From: Burkholderiales bacterium
Lineage (GTDB): Bacteria > Pseudomonadota > Gammaproteobacteria > Burkholderiales > SG8-39
NCBI GenBank assembly: GCA_035762345.1
Contig: DASTPE010000114.1
Span: forward strand, 3,501-67,500
Length of the DNA: 64,000 bases
Direction of reading: 5' to 3'
Both the position numbers and the translations under genes were made by a program. A model generated the notes under the pieces. It was not told where the DNA came from, did no database searches, and saw nothing but the letters and a program-made list of their open reading frames with translations. Below are positions 10,243 through 19,673 of this stretch, in pieces (positions within the stretch are counted from its first letter, which is position 1; each line of letters opens with the position of its first letter).

Positions 10243-11432
10243 AGTCGCTCCTCTGGCTGCTCGCGGTCGCCGGCGCGGCGGTTGCTCTGGCGGTGCTTGG
10301 GCGCGCCGATTCCGGTTACGTGCTCTTCTTCTACCCGCCGTGGCGCGTTGAGATGTCGATGGTGTTCTTTGCCATCGCCGCGGTCGCGTCGTTCGCCGCT
10401 CTGTACCTCGTGTTCCGGCTGGTCGGAGCCGCGCTCTCCCTGCCCGCCATGGTGCGCGCATGGCGCCTGCGCCGCCGCCGTGAGCGCGCCCACGCCGCCC
10501 TGGCGGCCGCGCTGCAGGCGTATTACGAAGGCAGATATGCGCGAGCAGAGAAGGAGGCGGCGATCGCCTTCGAGGGCGGCCCGAACCGAGGCGTCGCAGC
10601 GTTGCTTGCCGCGCGCGCGGCGCACCAGATGCGCGATTTCGAGCGCCGCGACCGCTGGCTGGAACGCGCCGACGACTTGGGCGAGGCGCTGCAGACCGCG
10701 CGCCTCGTCAGTCGGGCGGAGCTCGCGCTCGAGGACCGGAACTTCGCCGCGGCGCGCGAAGCGCTGCGCAACCTGCACGGCGCGGGGCCGAAGCACGTTG
10801 CCACGACGCGCATGCTGCTGCGCGCCGAGCGCGGCGCAGGCGCCTGGGACGAAGTGCTGCGCCTCGCTTCGCAGCTGTCGAAGCGCGACGCCATTTCTCC
10901 GGCGCTCGCGGAGGAATACAAGGTTCAGGCGACGGTCGAATTACTGGCGCGCTCGGCCGATGACGGCGGCGCTTTTGAGCGCCGCTGGCGCAGCGTCGCC
11001 GCGGTCGACCGGGTGCAGCCGCGCATCGCCGCCGCCGGCGCGCGGCATGCGACCGCGCTCGGCATGGCGGCATTCGCGCGCGAAATCCTGGAGAATGCGC
11101 TCGCCGCCGAATGGGTGCCACAGCTCGTCTCGCTCTATGGCGAGCTGCCAGAAGGCCTTCTAGCGGAAGAGAAGGCCGCCGAGGCGCGTGCGCGCATCGA
11201 GCGCGCCGAACGGTGGCTCCTTGAGCGCAACCGCGACTCGCAGCTTCTCGCCGCGCTCGGACGGCTGTGCGCGCACGCCGAGCTGTGGGGCAAGGCGCGC
11301 AGCTTTCTTGAGGCGAGCCTGTCGTTCGAGGAGAGCCGCGCCGCACGCGTCGAGCTCGCGCGCCTCGCCGAGCGGCTCGGCCAGCCCGACGAAGCCCAGC
11401 GCCACTTCCGTAAGGCCGCCGAGCTTGGCTAG
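10239..11432 (+). CDS. hemY: HemY-type TPR membrane protein
   Basis: Two N-terminal TM helices, HemY_N-like YVLFFYPPWRVEMS, TPR-like C-terminal half; GTGA overlap with hemX. Confidence 0.8.
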   Translation: MKSLLWLLAVAGAAVALAVLGRADSGYVLFFYPPWRVEMSMVFFAIAAVASFAALYLVFRLVGAALSLPAMVRAWRLRRRRERAHAALAAALQAYYEGRYARAEKEAAIAFEGGPNRGVAALLAARAAHQMRDFERRDRWLERADDLGEALQTARLVSRAELALEDRNFAAAREALRNLHGAGPKHVATTRMLLRAERGAGAWDEVLRLASQLSKRDAISPALAEEYKVQATVELLARSADDGGAFERRWRSVAAVDRVQPRIAAAGARHATALGMAAFAREILENALAAEWVPQLVSLYGELPEGLLAEEKAAEARARIERAERWLLERNRDSQLLAALGRLCAHAELWGKARSFLEASLSFEESRAARVELARLAERLGQPDEAQRHFRKAAELG

Positions 11433-11447
11433 AACGAGCCCGCCGGG

Positions 11448-12320
11448 CTAAATCCAATCGCGGGGCTTCAAGAAATCGGTGTAGAGCTTTTCTTCAGGCG
11501 AGCCAGGGGCGGGCTTCCAGTCATAGCGCCAGTCGGCGCGCGGCGGCAGCGACATTAGAATCGACTCGGTGCGCCCGCCCGACTGCAGGCCGAACAGCGT
11601 GCCGCGGTCGTAGACCAGGTTGAACTCGACGTAGCGCCCGCGCCGGTAAGCTTGAAAGCTCCGTTCGCGCGCTCCGAACGCGAGCTCCTTGCGGCGCTCG
11701 AGGATGGGCACGTACGCGGCGAGGAAGTTGTCGCCCACCGACTTCGTGAGCTCGAAGGACCGCTCCTCGGCGAGATCGTCGAAGAAGATCCCGCCGACGC
11801 CGCGCGGCTCGCCGCGGTGGCGCAAGTGGAAGTACTCGTCGCACCAGCGCTTGAAGCGGGGGTAGTAATCTGCGCCGACCGCGTCGAGCGCTTTCTTGCA
11901 CGTCGCGTGGAAATGGCGCGCGTCTTCCTCGAAGCCGTAGTAGGGCGTGAGGTCCATGCCCCCGCCGAACCACCAGGCATTTCCTGCCGAAAAAAAGCGC
12001 ACGTTCATGTGCGCTGTCGGACAGTAGGGGTTGCGCGGGTGCAAAACGAGCGATACGCCCATTGCCTCAAAGGCGCGCCCGGCGAGCTGAGGCCGCGCGG
12101 CGCTCGCCGAGGGCGGCAATCTTGCGCCGTGAACCCGCGAGAAGTTCACGCCAGCGCGCTCGAAGACCTGCCCGTCTTCGAGAATGCAGCTTGTGCCGCC
12201 GCCGCCTTCGGCACGCTGCCAGGAATCGCGCACGAAGCCCTTGCGGTCCAGGACTTCCAGCGCGGCGACGATGCGCTCCTGCAGGCCGGTGAGGTAATCG
12301 TGGACCGCCCGCGGGTCCAT
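11448..12320 (-). CDS. hemF: oxygen-dependent coproporphyrinogen-III oxidase
   Basis: [45 protein letters not shown]. Confidence 0.95.
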   Translation of the reverse strand: MDPRAVHDYLTGLQERIVAALEVLDRKGFVRDSWQRAEGGGGTSCILEDGQVFERAGVNFSRVHGARLPPSASAARPQLAGRAFEAMGVSLVLHPRNPYCPTAHMNVRFFSAGNAWWFGGGMDLTPYYGFEEDARHFHATCKKALDAVGADYYPRFKRWCDEYFHLRHRGEPRGVGGIFFDDLAEERSFELTKSVGDNFLAAYVPILERRKELAFGARERSFQAYRRGRYVEFNLVYDRGTLFGLQSGGRTESILMSLPPRADWRYDWKPAPGSPEEKLYTDFLKPRDWI

Positions 12321-12321
12321 G

Positions 12322-13596
12322 CTACGCGGTCTTCTTCAGCGCGCGGTAGGCGATGTCCTTGCGGTATTGCATGCCCTCGAAGCGGATGCCTTCAAGCGCT
12401 TCGTACGCACGCGCGCGGGCAATTTTTACCGAGTCACCGAGCGCAGTGACGCAAAGCACGCGCCCTCCGTGGGTGAGGAGCGTCTTGCCCTCAAGGCGGG
12501 TACCGGCGTGAAACACGCGGCAGTCGGGAGTGGGCTTCGGCAGCCCGGTGATGACGTCGCCCTTGCGCGGCTCGTCCGGATAGCCTGCGGCCGCGACCAC
12601 TACCCCGAGCGCGGCGCGCCGGTCCCACTGCGGCTCGACCTGGTCGAGCGCGCCGTCTGCGGCCCGCTCGATGATATCGAGGAGATCGGACTTCAAACGA
12701 AGAGCAATCGGCTGCGTTTCCGGGTCGCCGAGCCGGCAGTTGAATTCCAGCGTCTTCGGATTTCCAGCCTTGTCGATCATCAGGCCCGCGTATAGGAAGC
12801 CCGTATACGGCGTGCCCTCTTGAGCCATGCCCTGGATCGCCGGCACGATGATTTCGCGCATCACGCGGGCGTGAATTTTCGGCGTCACGACCGGAGCGGG
12901 GGAATACGCGCCCATGCCGCCGGTGTTGGGACCGGTGTCGCCGTCGCGCAGTCGCTTGTGGTCTTGGCTGGTGGCGAGCGCCAGAACATGAGCGCCGTCG
13001 CTCATGACGATAAAACTCGCTTCCTCGCCCTCCAGGAACTCCTCCACCACGAGCCGTGCTCCAGCCGCCCCGAGGGCTTTCTGCGTCATGATTCGATCGA
13101 TCGCGGCGTGGGCCTCCGTCACGCTCGGTGCGACCACTACTCCCTTGCCCGCGGCGAGCCCGTCGGCCTTTATCACGATCGGTGCGCCGCGCTCGGCGAC
13201 GTACGCTTTGGCCGCCTCCGCGGCTTCGAAAGTGCGATGCGCGGCGGTCGGGATCTTGTGACGCGCCATGAAGCTCTTGGCGAAGTCCTTCGAAGCTTCG
13301 AGCTGCGCCGCGGCGCGCGTCGGCCCGAAGATTCTCTGTCCCGCGTCGCGGAACGCGTCGACGATGCCTTCGGCGAGGGGCGCCTCCGGGCCGACCACCG
13401 TTACCTGGATTTTTTCTTTTTTGGAGAAGGTGACCAGCTCGTCGAGCCCGGTGATCGGCACGTTTTCCAAGCCATTCTCGGTCGCAGTGCCGCCGTTGCC
13501 CGGCGCGACGAATACTTTTTGTACGCGCGGGCTTTGCGCGAGCTTCCACGCAAGTGCGTGCTCACGCCCGCCCGAGCCTATGACGAGCAGTTTCAT
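12322..13596 (-). CDS. purD: phosphoribosylamine--glycine ligase
   Basis: [22 protein letters not shown]-grasp core, [14 protein letters not shown]. Confidence 0.97.
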   Translation of the reverse strand: MKLLVIGSGGREHALAWKLAQSPRVQKVFVAPGNGGTATENGLENVPITGLDELVTFSKKEKIQVTVVGPEAPLAEGIVDAFRDAGQRIFGPTRAAAQLEASKDFAKSFMARHKIPTAAHRTFEAAEAAKAYVAERGAPIVIKADGLAAGKGVVVAPSVTEAHAAIDRIMTQKALGAAGARLVVEEFLEGEEASFIVMSDGAHVLALATSQDHKRLRDGDTGPNTGGMGAYSPAPVVTPKIHARVMREIIVPAIQGMAQEGTPYTGFLYAGLMIDKAGNPKTLEFNCRLGDPETQPIALRLKSDLLDIIERAADGALDQVEPQWDRRAALGVVVAAAGYPDEPRKGDVITGLPKPTPDCRVFHAGTRLEGKTLLTHGGRVLCVTALGDSVKIARARAYEALEGIRFEGMQYRKDIAYRALKKTA

Positions 13597-13597
13597 C

Positions 13598-15139
13598 TCA
13601 GTGCCGGAAGTGACGCATGCCGGTGAACAACATCGCCACATTGCGCTCGTCGGCCGCGGCGATCACTTCGGCGTCGCGCACGCTGCCGCCGGGCTGTATC
13701 ACCGCCGCGGCACCCGCGTCCGCAAGCGCGTCGAGGCCGTCGCGGAAAGGAAAAAAAGCGTCGGAGGCGACCACCGCACCCTTCAGATCGAGCTTTGCGT
13801 CGTTCGCCTTGAATGCCGCGACGCGCACGCTGTCGAGCCGGCTCATCTGCCCCGCGCCGATTCCCAGCGTAGCGCCGTCGGCACAGAATACGATGGCGTT
13901 GGACTTGACAGACTTAGCCACGCGCCACGCGAACAACAGATCGCGCTGCTGAGCCTCGGTAGGTCGCTTGCGCGTCACCACCTTCAATTCTTTCTCGTTC
14001 AGAAGCTCCGAGTCGCTCGTCTGCACGAGCAGCCCGCCGCCGACGCGCTTGTAGTCGTGCGGCTGCACTTCGTGGGACATGGGCACCTCGAGCACCCGCA
14101 GATTCGCCTTTGCGGCGAACCCCGTCTGCGCCTCGGGCTCGACTCGCGGAGCGATGATCACTTCGGCGAACTGCCTGCCGAGGGCTTCGGCGGTACGGCG
14201 ATCGACGGCTCGGTTGAAGGCGAGGATGCCGCCAAACGCGGACACCGGGTCGCACCGGAACGCTTTCTCGTACGCCTCGAGCAGGGTTTCTGCGGTGGCG
14301 ACGCCGCAAGGATTGGCGTGCTTGACAATCACGCAGGCCGGCTCGCCGAAGCTCTTGACGCATTCCCAGGCCGCGTCCGCGTCCGCGATGTTGTTGTATG
14401 AGAGCTCTTTACCCTGAATCTGGCGATAGCTGGCGAGGCTGCCGGCCACCGCGCGCGCATCGCGATAAAACGCGGCGCGCTGGTGAGGGTTCTCGCCATA
14501 GCGCAGGTCCTGGCGCTTGTGCAGCTGCAGCGTCAGGGTCTCGGGAAACGCGCCGTCCCGGGACGAAAGGTAATTGGCGATCGCGCCGTCGTAGGCTGCA
14601 GTGTGCGCGAACGCCTTCTTCGCGAGCGCGAACCGCGTCGCCTCCGAGACGCCGCCGGCGCGCAGCTCCGAGAGCAAGCGTTCGTAGTCGTCGGGATCGA
14701 CGAGCACCGCGACTCCGGCGTAGTTCTTGGCCGCGGCGCGCAACATCGCCGGGCCACCGATGTCGATGTTCTCGATCGCCGCTTCCAGCGTGCACTCCGG
14801 ATCGGCCACGGTGGCAGCGAATGGATAGAGGTTCACGACCAGGAGGTCGATCGGCGCGATGCCCGCAGCGCGGATGGCCTCCATGTGCTCGGGGAGGTTG
14901 CGACGGGCAAGCAGGCCACCATGGATCTTCGGGTGCAGGGTCTTCACTCGGCCGTCGAGCATCTCGGCGAAGCCGGTGTAGGCGGACACCTCGGTCACGG
15001 CCAGCCCTGCCTTCTGCAGGAGCTTGGCGGTCCCGCCGGTGGAGAGCAGCTCGACCCCGAGCGCGGCGAGCGCGCGGGCGAGGTCGACGACGCCCGACTT
15101 GTCCGAGACGCTGACGAGCGCCCGTTTGACCTTCGTCAC
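13598..15139 (-). CDS. purH: bifunctional AICAR transformylase / IMP cyclohydrolase
   Basis: [23 protein letters not shown], full-length 513 aa; GTG start overlaps the fis stop by 1 nt. Confidence 0.97.
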   Translation of the reverse strand: MTKVKRALVSVSDKSGVVDLARALAALGVELLSTGGTAKLLQKAGLAVTEVSAYTGFAEMLDGRVKTLHPKIHGGLLARRNLPEHMEAIRAAGIAPIDLLVVNLYPFAATVADPECTLEAAIENIDIGGPAMLRAAAKNYAGVAVLVDPDDYERLLSELRAGGVSEATRFALAKKAFAHTAAYDGAIANYLSSRDGAFPETLTLQLHKRQDLRYGENPHQRAAFYRDARAVAGSLASYRQIQGKELSYNNIADADAAWECVKSFGEPACVIVKHANPCGVATAETLLEAYEKAFRCDPVSAFGGILAFNRAVDRRTAEALGRQFAEVIIAPRVEPEAQTGFAAKANLRVLEVPMSHEVQPHDYKRVGGGLLVQTSDSELLNEKELKVVTRKRPTEAQQRDLLFAWRVAKSVKSNAIVFCADGATLGIGAGQMSRLDSVRVAAFKANDAKLDLKGAVVASDAFFPFRDGLDALADAGAAAVIQPGGSVRDAEVIAAADERNVAMLFTGMRHFRH

Positions 15140-15378
15140 TACCCTTTAATGCGCAGCTGCTGCATCTTTGTGCGGAGCGTAGCGCGATTGATGCCGAGCA
15201 TCGCGGCGGCGTGCGTCAGGTTGCCCTTGGCATGGCCAAGCACGGTCTCGATCATCGGCCTTTCGATGTTCTTCAGCACCATTTCGTAGATGGCGGTGGG
15301 CGTCTCCCCGTCCATGTCCTTGAAGTAGCGCTCGAGCGAGCGCTTGACGGCATCGGAAAGCTCGTTGCCTTTGCTCAT
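15139..15378 (-). CDS. fis: DNA-binding protein Fis
   Basis: 79 aa, C-terminal [24 protein letters not shown]; start at MSKGNEL. Confidence 0.95.
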   Translation of the reverse strand: MSKGNELSDAVKRSLERYFKDMDGETPTAIYEMVLKNIERPMIETVLGHAKGNLTHAAAMLGINRATLRTKMQQLRIKG

Positions 15379-15572
15379 GCGGCGAGTCTCTGAAAGTAGT
15401 CGTTCACCGCAGCGCGCTGCGCGTCGGCGGCGTGGAGGCGGTTGACGCTGGAGCGGAACGCTTCGCCGCCGGGCAGCGAGCGTACGGCCAAGCGGCGGAA
15501 GGGGCGATCGGTGATACCGGCCATGGGAGCGACGAACAAGCCGTTGGAGAGCGCGTGGGCTCCGATCCTCAT
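15375..15572 (-). pseudogene. dusB: tRNA-dihydrouridine synthase B remnant: in-frame fusion of N-terminal ~29 aa and C-terminal ~36 aa, catalytic core deleted
   Basis: [29 protein letters not shown] + ...[28 protein letters not shown]; stop overlaps fis ATG (ATGA). Confidence 0.8.
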
Positions 15573-15655
15573 TGCCGAGATTGTGATTCGAAGGGAAGCG
15601 GATTTTATCCGCTTTCCCTGGCAAAAAAAACGGCTCGCGGTACTTTGTTGCTTTT

Positions 15656-16690
15656 TTACGGCAACGCCGAAGGGCCGAAGATCATGCGGCGTGCGAAGAA
15701 CCGCCGCGGCGCGGGGAGAATGTCGAGCGTCGTCAAAGCGGCACCGGCAAAAGGATTCAAGCCGAGAAAGGCCCGCGCCAGAAAATCGGTCACTCGGATC
15801 GCCGCGCCGGCGTCGACGGAGCGCTGTGCGGCGAAACGGCGCAGAAGTGCAGGGTCGCCCGCATCGGGCGCACTGCCCATGAGCCGTGCCAAGTCCCAAG
15901 CGTCGCGCAACCCGAGGTTCAATCCTTGCCCGGCGACCGGGTGCAGGGTGTGCGCTGCGTTGCCGATGTAAACGGCTCTTTCGGCAATGCATTTCTTCCT
16001 CACCCGCAGAACGAGCGGGTGCATCGCGCGAGCCGCCACGGCGACCGGGCGGCCGGGACGCGCGCCCGCCGCTGCGGCAAGCTGCTCGAGAAAGCGGGTT
16101 TCGGCTGCCGAGAGAAGCTCCCGCGCGCGCCCCGGTCGCATGCTCCAAACGACGGCGTAGTCTCCGGCACGTGGAAGGAGCGCGAGCGGTCCTTCGGCGG
16201 TGAAACGCTCGAACGCCGTTGTGGCTGCCGGCGCGCTGAAGCGCACGCTCGCGACGAGCGCATCCTGCGCATAACGCTTCTCCTCGGCGTCGGGAGCGGT
16301 TCCCTCGGCATGGACCACACAGCGCGCGGAAACTTCGTCGCCGACGAGGAGGTCTTCGACCACACGATGCAGTGCCCGAAGCAACTCCGAATACCCGAGG
16401 ACGTAGCCGAGCGCCGGCACGCCAGCGTCGGCGGCGTCGAACACGGTACGGCCGAAACCTCGCGTGCGCGAAACACGGATCGTCTCGATGGGGGTAGGCG
16501 CAAGCGACGGCCAAACGCCCACGCGCTCGAGTATCAGGCGGCTCGCATACGAGAGAACGATGGGGCGAAACGCCGGCGGCTGCCCTGCTTTACCGAGAAC
16601 TGCGACGCGTTTCTTGGAGCGCAAAGCCAAGGCGGCGACACAGCCGACCGGGCCAGCGCCGCGCACGAGGACGTCAACCGTCGCCGTCAA
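15656..16690 (-). CDS. ubiH: FAD-dependent monooxygenase, UbiH/UbiF/VisC family
   Basis: VRGAGPVGCVAAL dinucleotide fold, GNAAHTLHPVAGQGLNLGLRD; pepP-ubiH synteny; TTGA overlap with pepP; about 50 aa shorter than E. coli UbiH. Confidence 0.7.
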   Translation of the reverse strand: MTATVDVLVRGAGPVGCVAALALRSKKRVAVLGKAGQPPAFRPIVLSYASRLILERVGVWPSLAPTPIETIRVSRTRGFGRTVFDAADAGVPALGYVLGYSELLRALHRVVEDLLVGDEVSARCVVHAEGTAPDAEEKRYAQDALVASVRFSAPAATTAFERFTAEGPLALLPRAGDYAVVWSMRPGRARELLSAAETRFLEQLAAAAGARPGRPVAVAARAMHPLVLRVRKKCIAERAVYIGNAAHTLHPVAGQGLNLGLRDAWDLARLMGSAPDAGDPALLRRFAAQRSVDAGAAIRVTDFLARAFLGLNPFAGAALTTLDILPAPRRFFARRMIFGPSALP

Positions 16691-18003
16691 TCGCCCCCGC
16701 GGGCGTCGCGCATAAGCGCCTCGATGTCAGCGATCGCCTTGGGCGCTTCGGCGGTAAGGACCTCGCAGCCCGCGCCGGTGACGAGCACATCATCCTCGAT
16801 GCGTATGCCGATGTTGCGCAACCGTTCCGGGATGTCGGCGTCCGCGCGGATGTAGAGTCCCGGCTCGACCGTGAGGGTCATGCCGGGCGCGAGCGTGCGC
16901 CACGCACCCTGGCGTTTGTAGTCCCCGGCATCGTGCACGTCCAGTCCCAGCCAGTGGCCGGTGCGGTGCATGTAGAAGCGTTTATAGCTCTCGTTTTCCA
17001 ATGCTTCCTGCACGTTTCCAGCGATGAGCCGCAAGTCGATGAGCCCCTGCGCCAGCACGCGCACCGCCGCATCGTGTGGCTCGTTCCACGCCACGCCGGA
17101 TCGTACGCTTTCCAGCGCGGCGCGCTGGGCGGCGAGCACAACCTCGTAGACTTGACGCTGGGCGGCGCTGAAGCGCCCGCTGACCGGGAACGTGCGGGTG
17201 AGGTCGGAGGCATAGCCGTCAAGCTCGCAGCCCGCGTCGATCAGCAGGAGATCGCCTTGGCGCAGGACGGCGTCGTTGGCGACGTAGTGCAGCACGCAAG
17301 CATTCGCGCCCCCTGCGACGATCGGGGTATAGGCCGGCGTCTGCGCACCGCTGCGCCGGAACTCGTGAAGGAGTTCCGCCTCGATTTCGTATTCGTAGCG
17401 CCCGGGATGCACGCACTGCATGGCGCGGCGGTGCGCGGCAGCCGCGATCCGCGCCGCGCGCCGCATGATCGCCAGCTCGTGCGCGTCCTTGACGAGGCGC
17501 ATGTCGTCGATCACCGCGCGCACATCGTGTACGCGCTCGGGCGCCGCAACTCCCGCCCGTACCCGGGCGCGTACCGCGTTCACCCAGCGCAGCGCGCGCG
17601 CGTCCCATTCCGGATCTGCGGCCAGCGGGTAGTACAGCGCTGGCTGGTTCTCGAGCAGTCGCGTCATCTCCTGGTCGAGGCTCGCGATCGGATGCGCCTC
17701 GTCGAAGCCAAAGCGTTCGCGCGCGGCTTCTGGACCGTGGCGCAAGCCGTCCCAGATCTCGCGCTCTGGGCTGCGCTCCCGGCAAAACAGGATCGATTTT
17801 CCTGCGGCGAGCACGAGCACTGCTTCCGGCTCGCTGAATCCGGTCAAGTAATAGAAATGGCTGTCGAAGCGGTAGGGATAATGGCTATCGCGGTTGCGAA
17901 CGCGCTCGGGCGCCGTTGGCACAAGGGCGACTGCTTCGCCGATCGCATCCGCAAGGCGCCTGCGGCGGTTTGCATAGACCGGGACGAAGTCAGCGATGTT
18001 CAC
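16687..18003 (-). CDS. pepP: Xaa-Pro aminopeptidase
   Basis: YPYRFDSHFYYLTGF, DAGCELDGYASDLTRT, HRTGHWLGLDVHD, GIRIEDD; GTG 18003 preferred (GGAG upstream), the ORF can also start at 18048. Confidence 0.9.
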   Translation of the reverse strand: MNIADFVPVYANRRRRLADAIGEAVALVPTAPERVRNRDSHYPYRFDSHFYYLTGFSEPEAVLVLAAGKSILFCRERSPEREIWDGLRHGPEAARERFGFDEAHPIASLDQEMTRLLENQPALYYPLAADPEWDARALRWVNAVRARVRAGVAAPERVHDVRAVIDDMRLVKDAHELAIMRRAARIAAAAHRRAMQCVHPGRYEYEIEAELLHEFRRSGAQTPAYTPIVAGGANACVLHYVANDAVLRQGDLLLIDAGCELDGYASDLTRTFPVSGRFSAAQRQVYEVVLAAQRAALESVRSGVAWNEPHDAAVRVLAQGLIDLRLIAGNVQEALENESYKRFYMHRTGHWLGLDVHDAGDYKRQGAWRTLAPGMTLTVEPGLYIRADADIPERLRNIGIRIEDDVLVTGAGCEVLTAEAPKAIADIEALMRDARGGD

Positions 18004-18664
18004 GTAAGTACTTCTCCAGCTCGGCGAGGCGCTCGACAGTTCCGACATCCTGCCACAACCCCTCGTAGAGCTCGCCGCTCAGCAGCCCGCGCCGCGCGGC
18101 ATCGTACAGGAGCGGCGCAAGCGGCGCTTTTTCACCCGGCGTCACCGGCTGCACCAGCTCAGGCGCAACGACCGCCACGCCCGCGTAAGTGTAACGCGGC
18201 GCGGGCTCGTCGCCGATCGCATCACCCACGAGCGAAAAATCTCCCGCCGGCCGGTGTGGCGGGTTGGGTACCAGTATGAGATGCGCGAGCCGCCGGTGAA
18301 GGTCGACGGAGCGCAGCCGCGCGAAGTCGCACTCGCAGTACACGTCCGCGTTCACCAGGAGGAATGGCTCCCCGCCGAGCAGCGCGAGTGCGTTCGCGAT
18401 GCCGCCCGCGGTCTCCAGCCGCTCATGCTCGTGCGAGTACTGCACGTGCAGATCGAAGCGCCCGCCGTCGCCGATGCGCTCAATAACGCGGCTGCCGAGG
18501 TGCGACACGTTAATCACCGCTTCGCGAAAACCGGCGCGCGCCAGGCGCTCGAGGTGCCAGGCGATGAGCGGTTTGCCCCCGGCCTCGACCAGCGCCTTCG
18601 GCACCTCGTCGGTGAGCGGCCGCAGCCGCTCGCCGCGTCCGGCGGCGAGGAGCATGGCCTTCAT
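17990..18664 (-). CDS. murU: N-acetylmuramate alpha-1-phosphate uridylyltransferase-like nucleotidyltransferase
   Basis: MKAMLLAAGRGERLRPLTDEVPKALV sugar-nucleotidyltransferase motif; amgK-murU pair next to lptD as in Pseudomonas. Confidence 0.8.
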   Translation of the reverse strand: MKAMLLAAGRGERLRPLTDEVPKALVEAGGKPLIAWHLERLARAGFREAVINVSHLGSRVIERIGDGGRFDLHVQYSHEHERLETAGGIANALALLGGEPFLLVNADVYCECDFARLRSVDLHRRLAHLILVPNPPHRPAGDFSLVGDAIGDEPAPRYTYAGVAVVAPELVQPVTPGEKAPLAPLLYDAARRGLLSGELYEGLWQDVGTVERLAELEKYLREHR

Positions 18665-19635
18665 TCCAGCTCGTCGAGCAGCCGCGCGAGGGGCGCCAGT
18701 TCGCGGTACCGTTGCGCGACGGAACGCGCATAGCCAACGAAGCGCGGGGTGTCCTGAAGGTACTTGGGCTTGCCGTCGCGGTAGTTGATGCGGGCGAATA
18801 TCCCGAGCACCTTGAGATGACGCTGCAGCCCCATCCATTCGAGCGCGCGCCAGAACTCGCCGAAATCCGCATCCACCGGCAGCCCCAGGCTTCTCGCCTT
18901 CTCCCAATAGCGCACCACCCAGTCGAGCACGCGCTCTTCCTCCCAGCTTATGAAAGCATCGCGCACGAGCGACACGACGTCGTAGGTGATCGGCCCCAGC
19001 ACCGCGTCCTGGAAGTCGAGCACCCCGGGATTGGGCTCGCATACCATCAGGTTGCGCGGCATGTAGTCGCGGTGCACGTAAACCGCAGGCTGAGCGAGCG
19101 CGCTCCTGACGAGAAGGAAGAAGACGCTTTCGAGACGTTCCTCTTGCGCTGCGGACAGCTTTTTCTTCAAGTGCCTGCCCACATACCACTCCGGGAAAAG
19201 GTTCATTTCCCGCCGCAGCAGGGGCTCGTCGTAGGGCGGCAGCTCGCCAGGGCGCGTCGCGAGCTGCCAGCGCAGCAAGGCCTCGGTGGCGTCGGCGAAG
19301 AGGGCGGCCGAGTTCGCGTCGTTGAGCGCTTGGAGATACGTGCGCGAGCCGAGGTCGGACAACAGAAGAAATCCCTGATCGAGCTCCTGCGCGACGATCT
19401 CCGGCGCGTGCACGCCGGCCGCGGAGAGCATGCGTGCCACGCGCACGAAAAGTCGGCAATCCTCCTTGTCGGGAGGCGCGTCCATCGCCACGTAGCTCCT
19501 GCCATCCGCAAGCGTCGCCCGCCAGTAGCGCCGGAAGCTCGCATCCTCCGAGGCCGGGGTCAGATGAAAAGAGACGCCGAGCAGCGGGGCGAGCCAGCGC
19601 TCGACGGCAGCGCGACGCGAATCGCCGTGTATCAT
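18661..19635 (-). CDS. amgK: anomeric MurNAc/GlcNAc kinase-like aminoglycoside-phosphotransferase-fold protein
   Basis: APH fold: VYVHRDYMPRNLMV, VLDFQDAVLGPITYD; ATGA overlap with murU; start at MIHGDSRR. Confidence 0.8.
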   Translation of the reverse strand: MIHGDSRRAAVERWLAPLLGVSFHLTPASEDASFRRYWRATLADGRSYVAMDAPPDKEDCRLFVRVARMLSAAGVHAPEIVAQELDQGFLLLSDLGSRTYLQALNDANSAALFADATEALLRWQLATRPGELPPYDEPLLRREMNLFPEWYVGRHLKKKLSAAQEERLESVFFLLVRSALAQPAVYVHRDYMPRNLMVCEPNPGVLDFQDAVLGPITYDVVSLVRDAFISWEEERVLDWVVRYWEKARSLGLPVDADFGEFWRALEWMGLQRHLKVLGIFARINYRDGKPKYLQDTPRFVGYARSVAQRYRELAPLARLLDELE

Positions 19636-19673
19636 TGAAAATTCTAACACCAAGGAAAAATCTCTCCGGCACC

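Noticed and set aside
15573-15655. Imperfect inverted repeat GGGAAGCGGA-TTTTAT-CCGCTTTCCC and a T8 run upstream of the dusB stub (possible fis promoter or terminator of the ubiH-like gene)
   Set aside because: I could not place a convincing -35/-10 pair (a TAAAAT is present but with no TTGACA-like hexamer at 16-18 nt). The hairpin also lacks a proper U-tract on either strand. Left unannotated.
15573-16514. Upstream 314 codons of the 379-aa ORF 15375-16514 that ends in the dusB stub
   Set aside because: Only the last 65 codons (from ATG 15572) resemble DusB. The rest overlaps the UbiH-family gene out of frame and is low-complexity.
15656-16690. The UbiH-family protein is only 344 aa, roughly 50 aa shorter than E. 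coli UbiH
   Set aside because: FAD-binding and GNAAHTLHPVAGQGLNLG motifs are intact and the frame is uninterrupted. This is probably natural length variation and is not reported as a finding.
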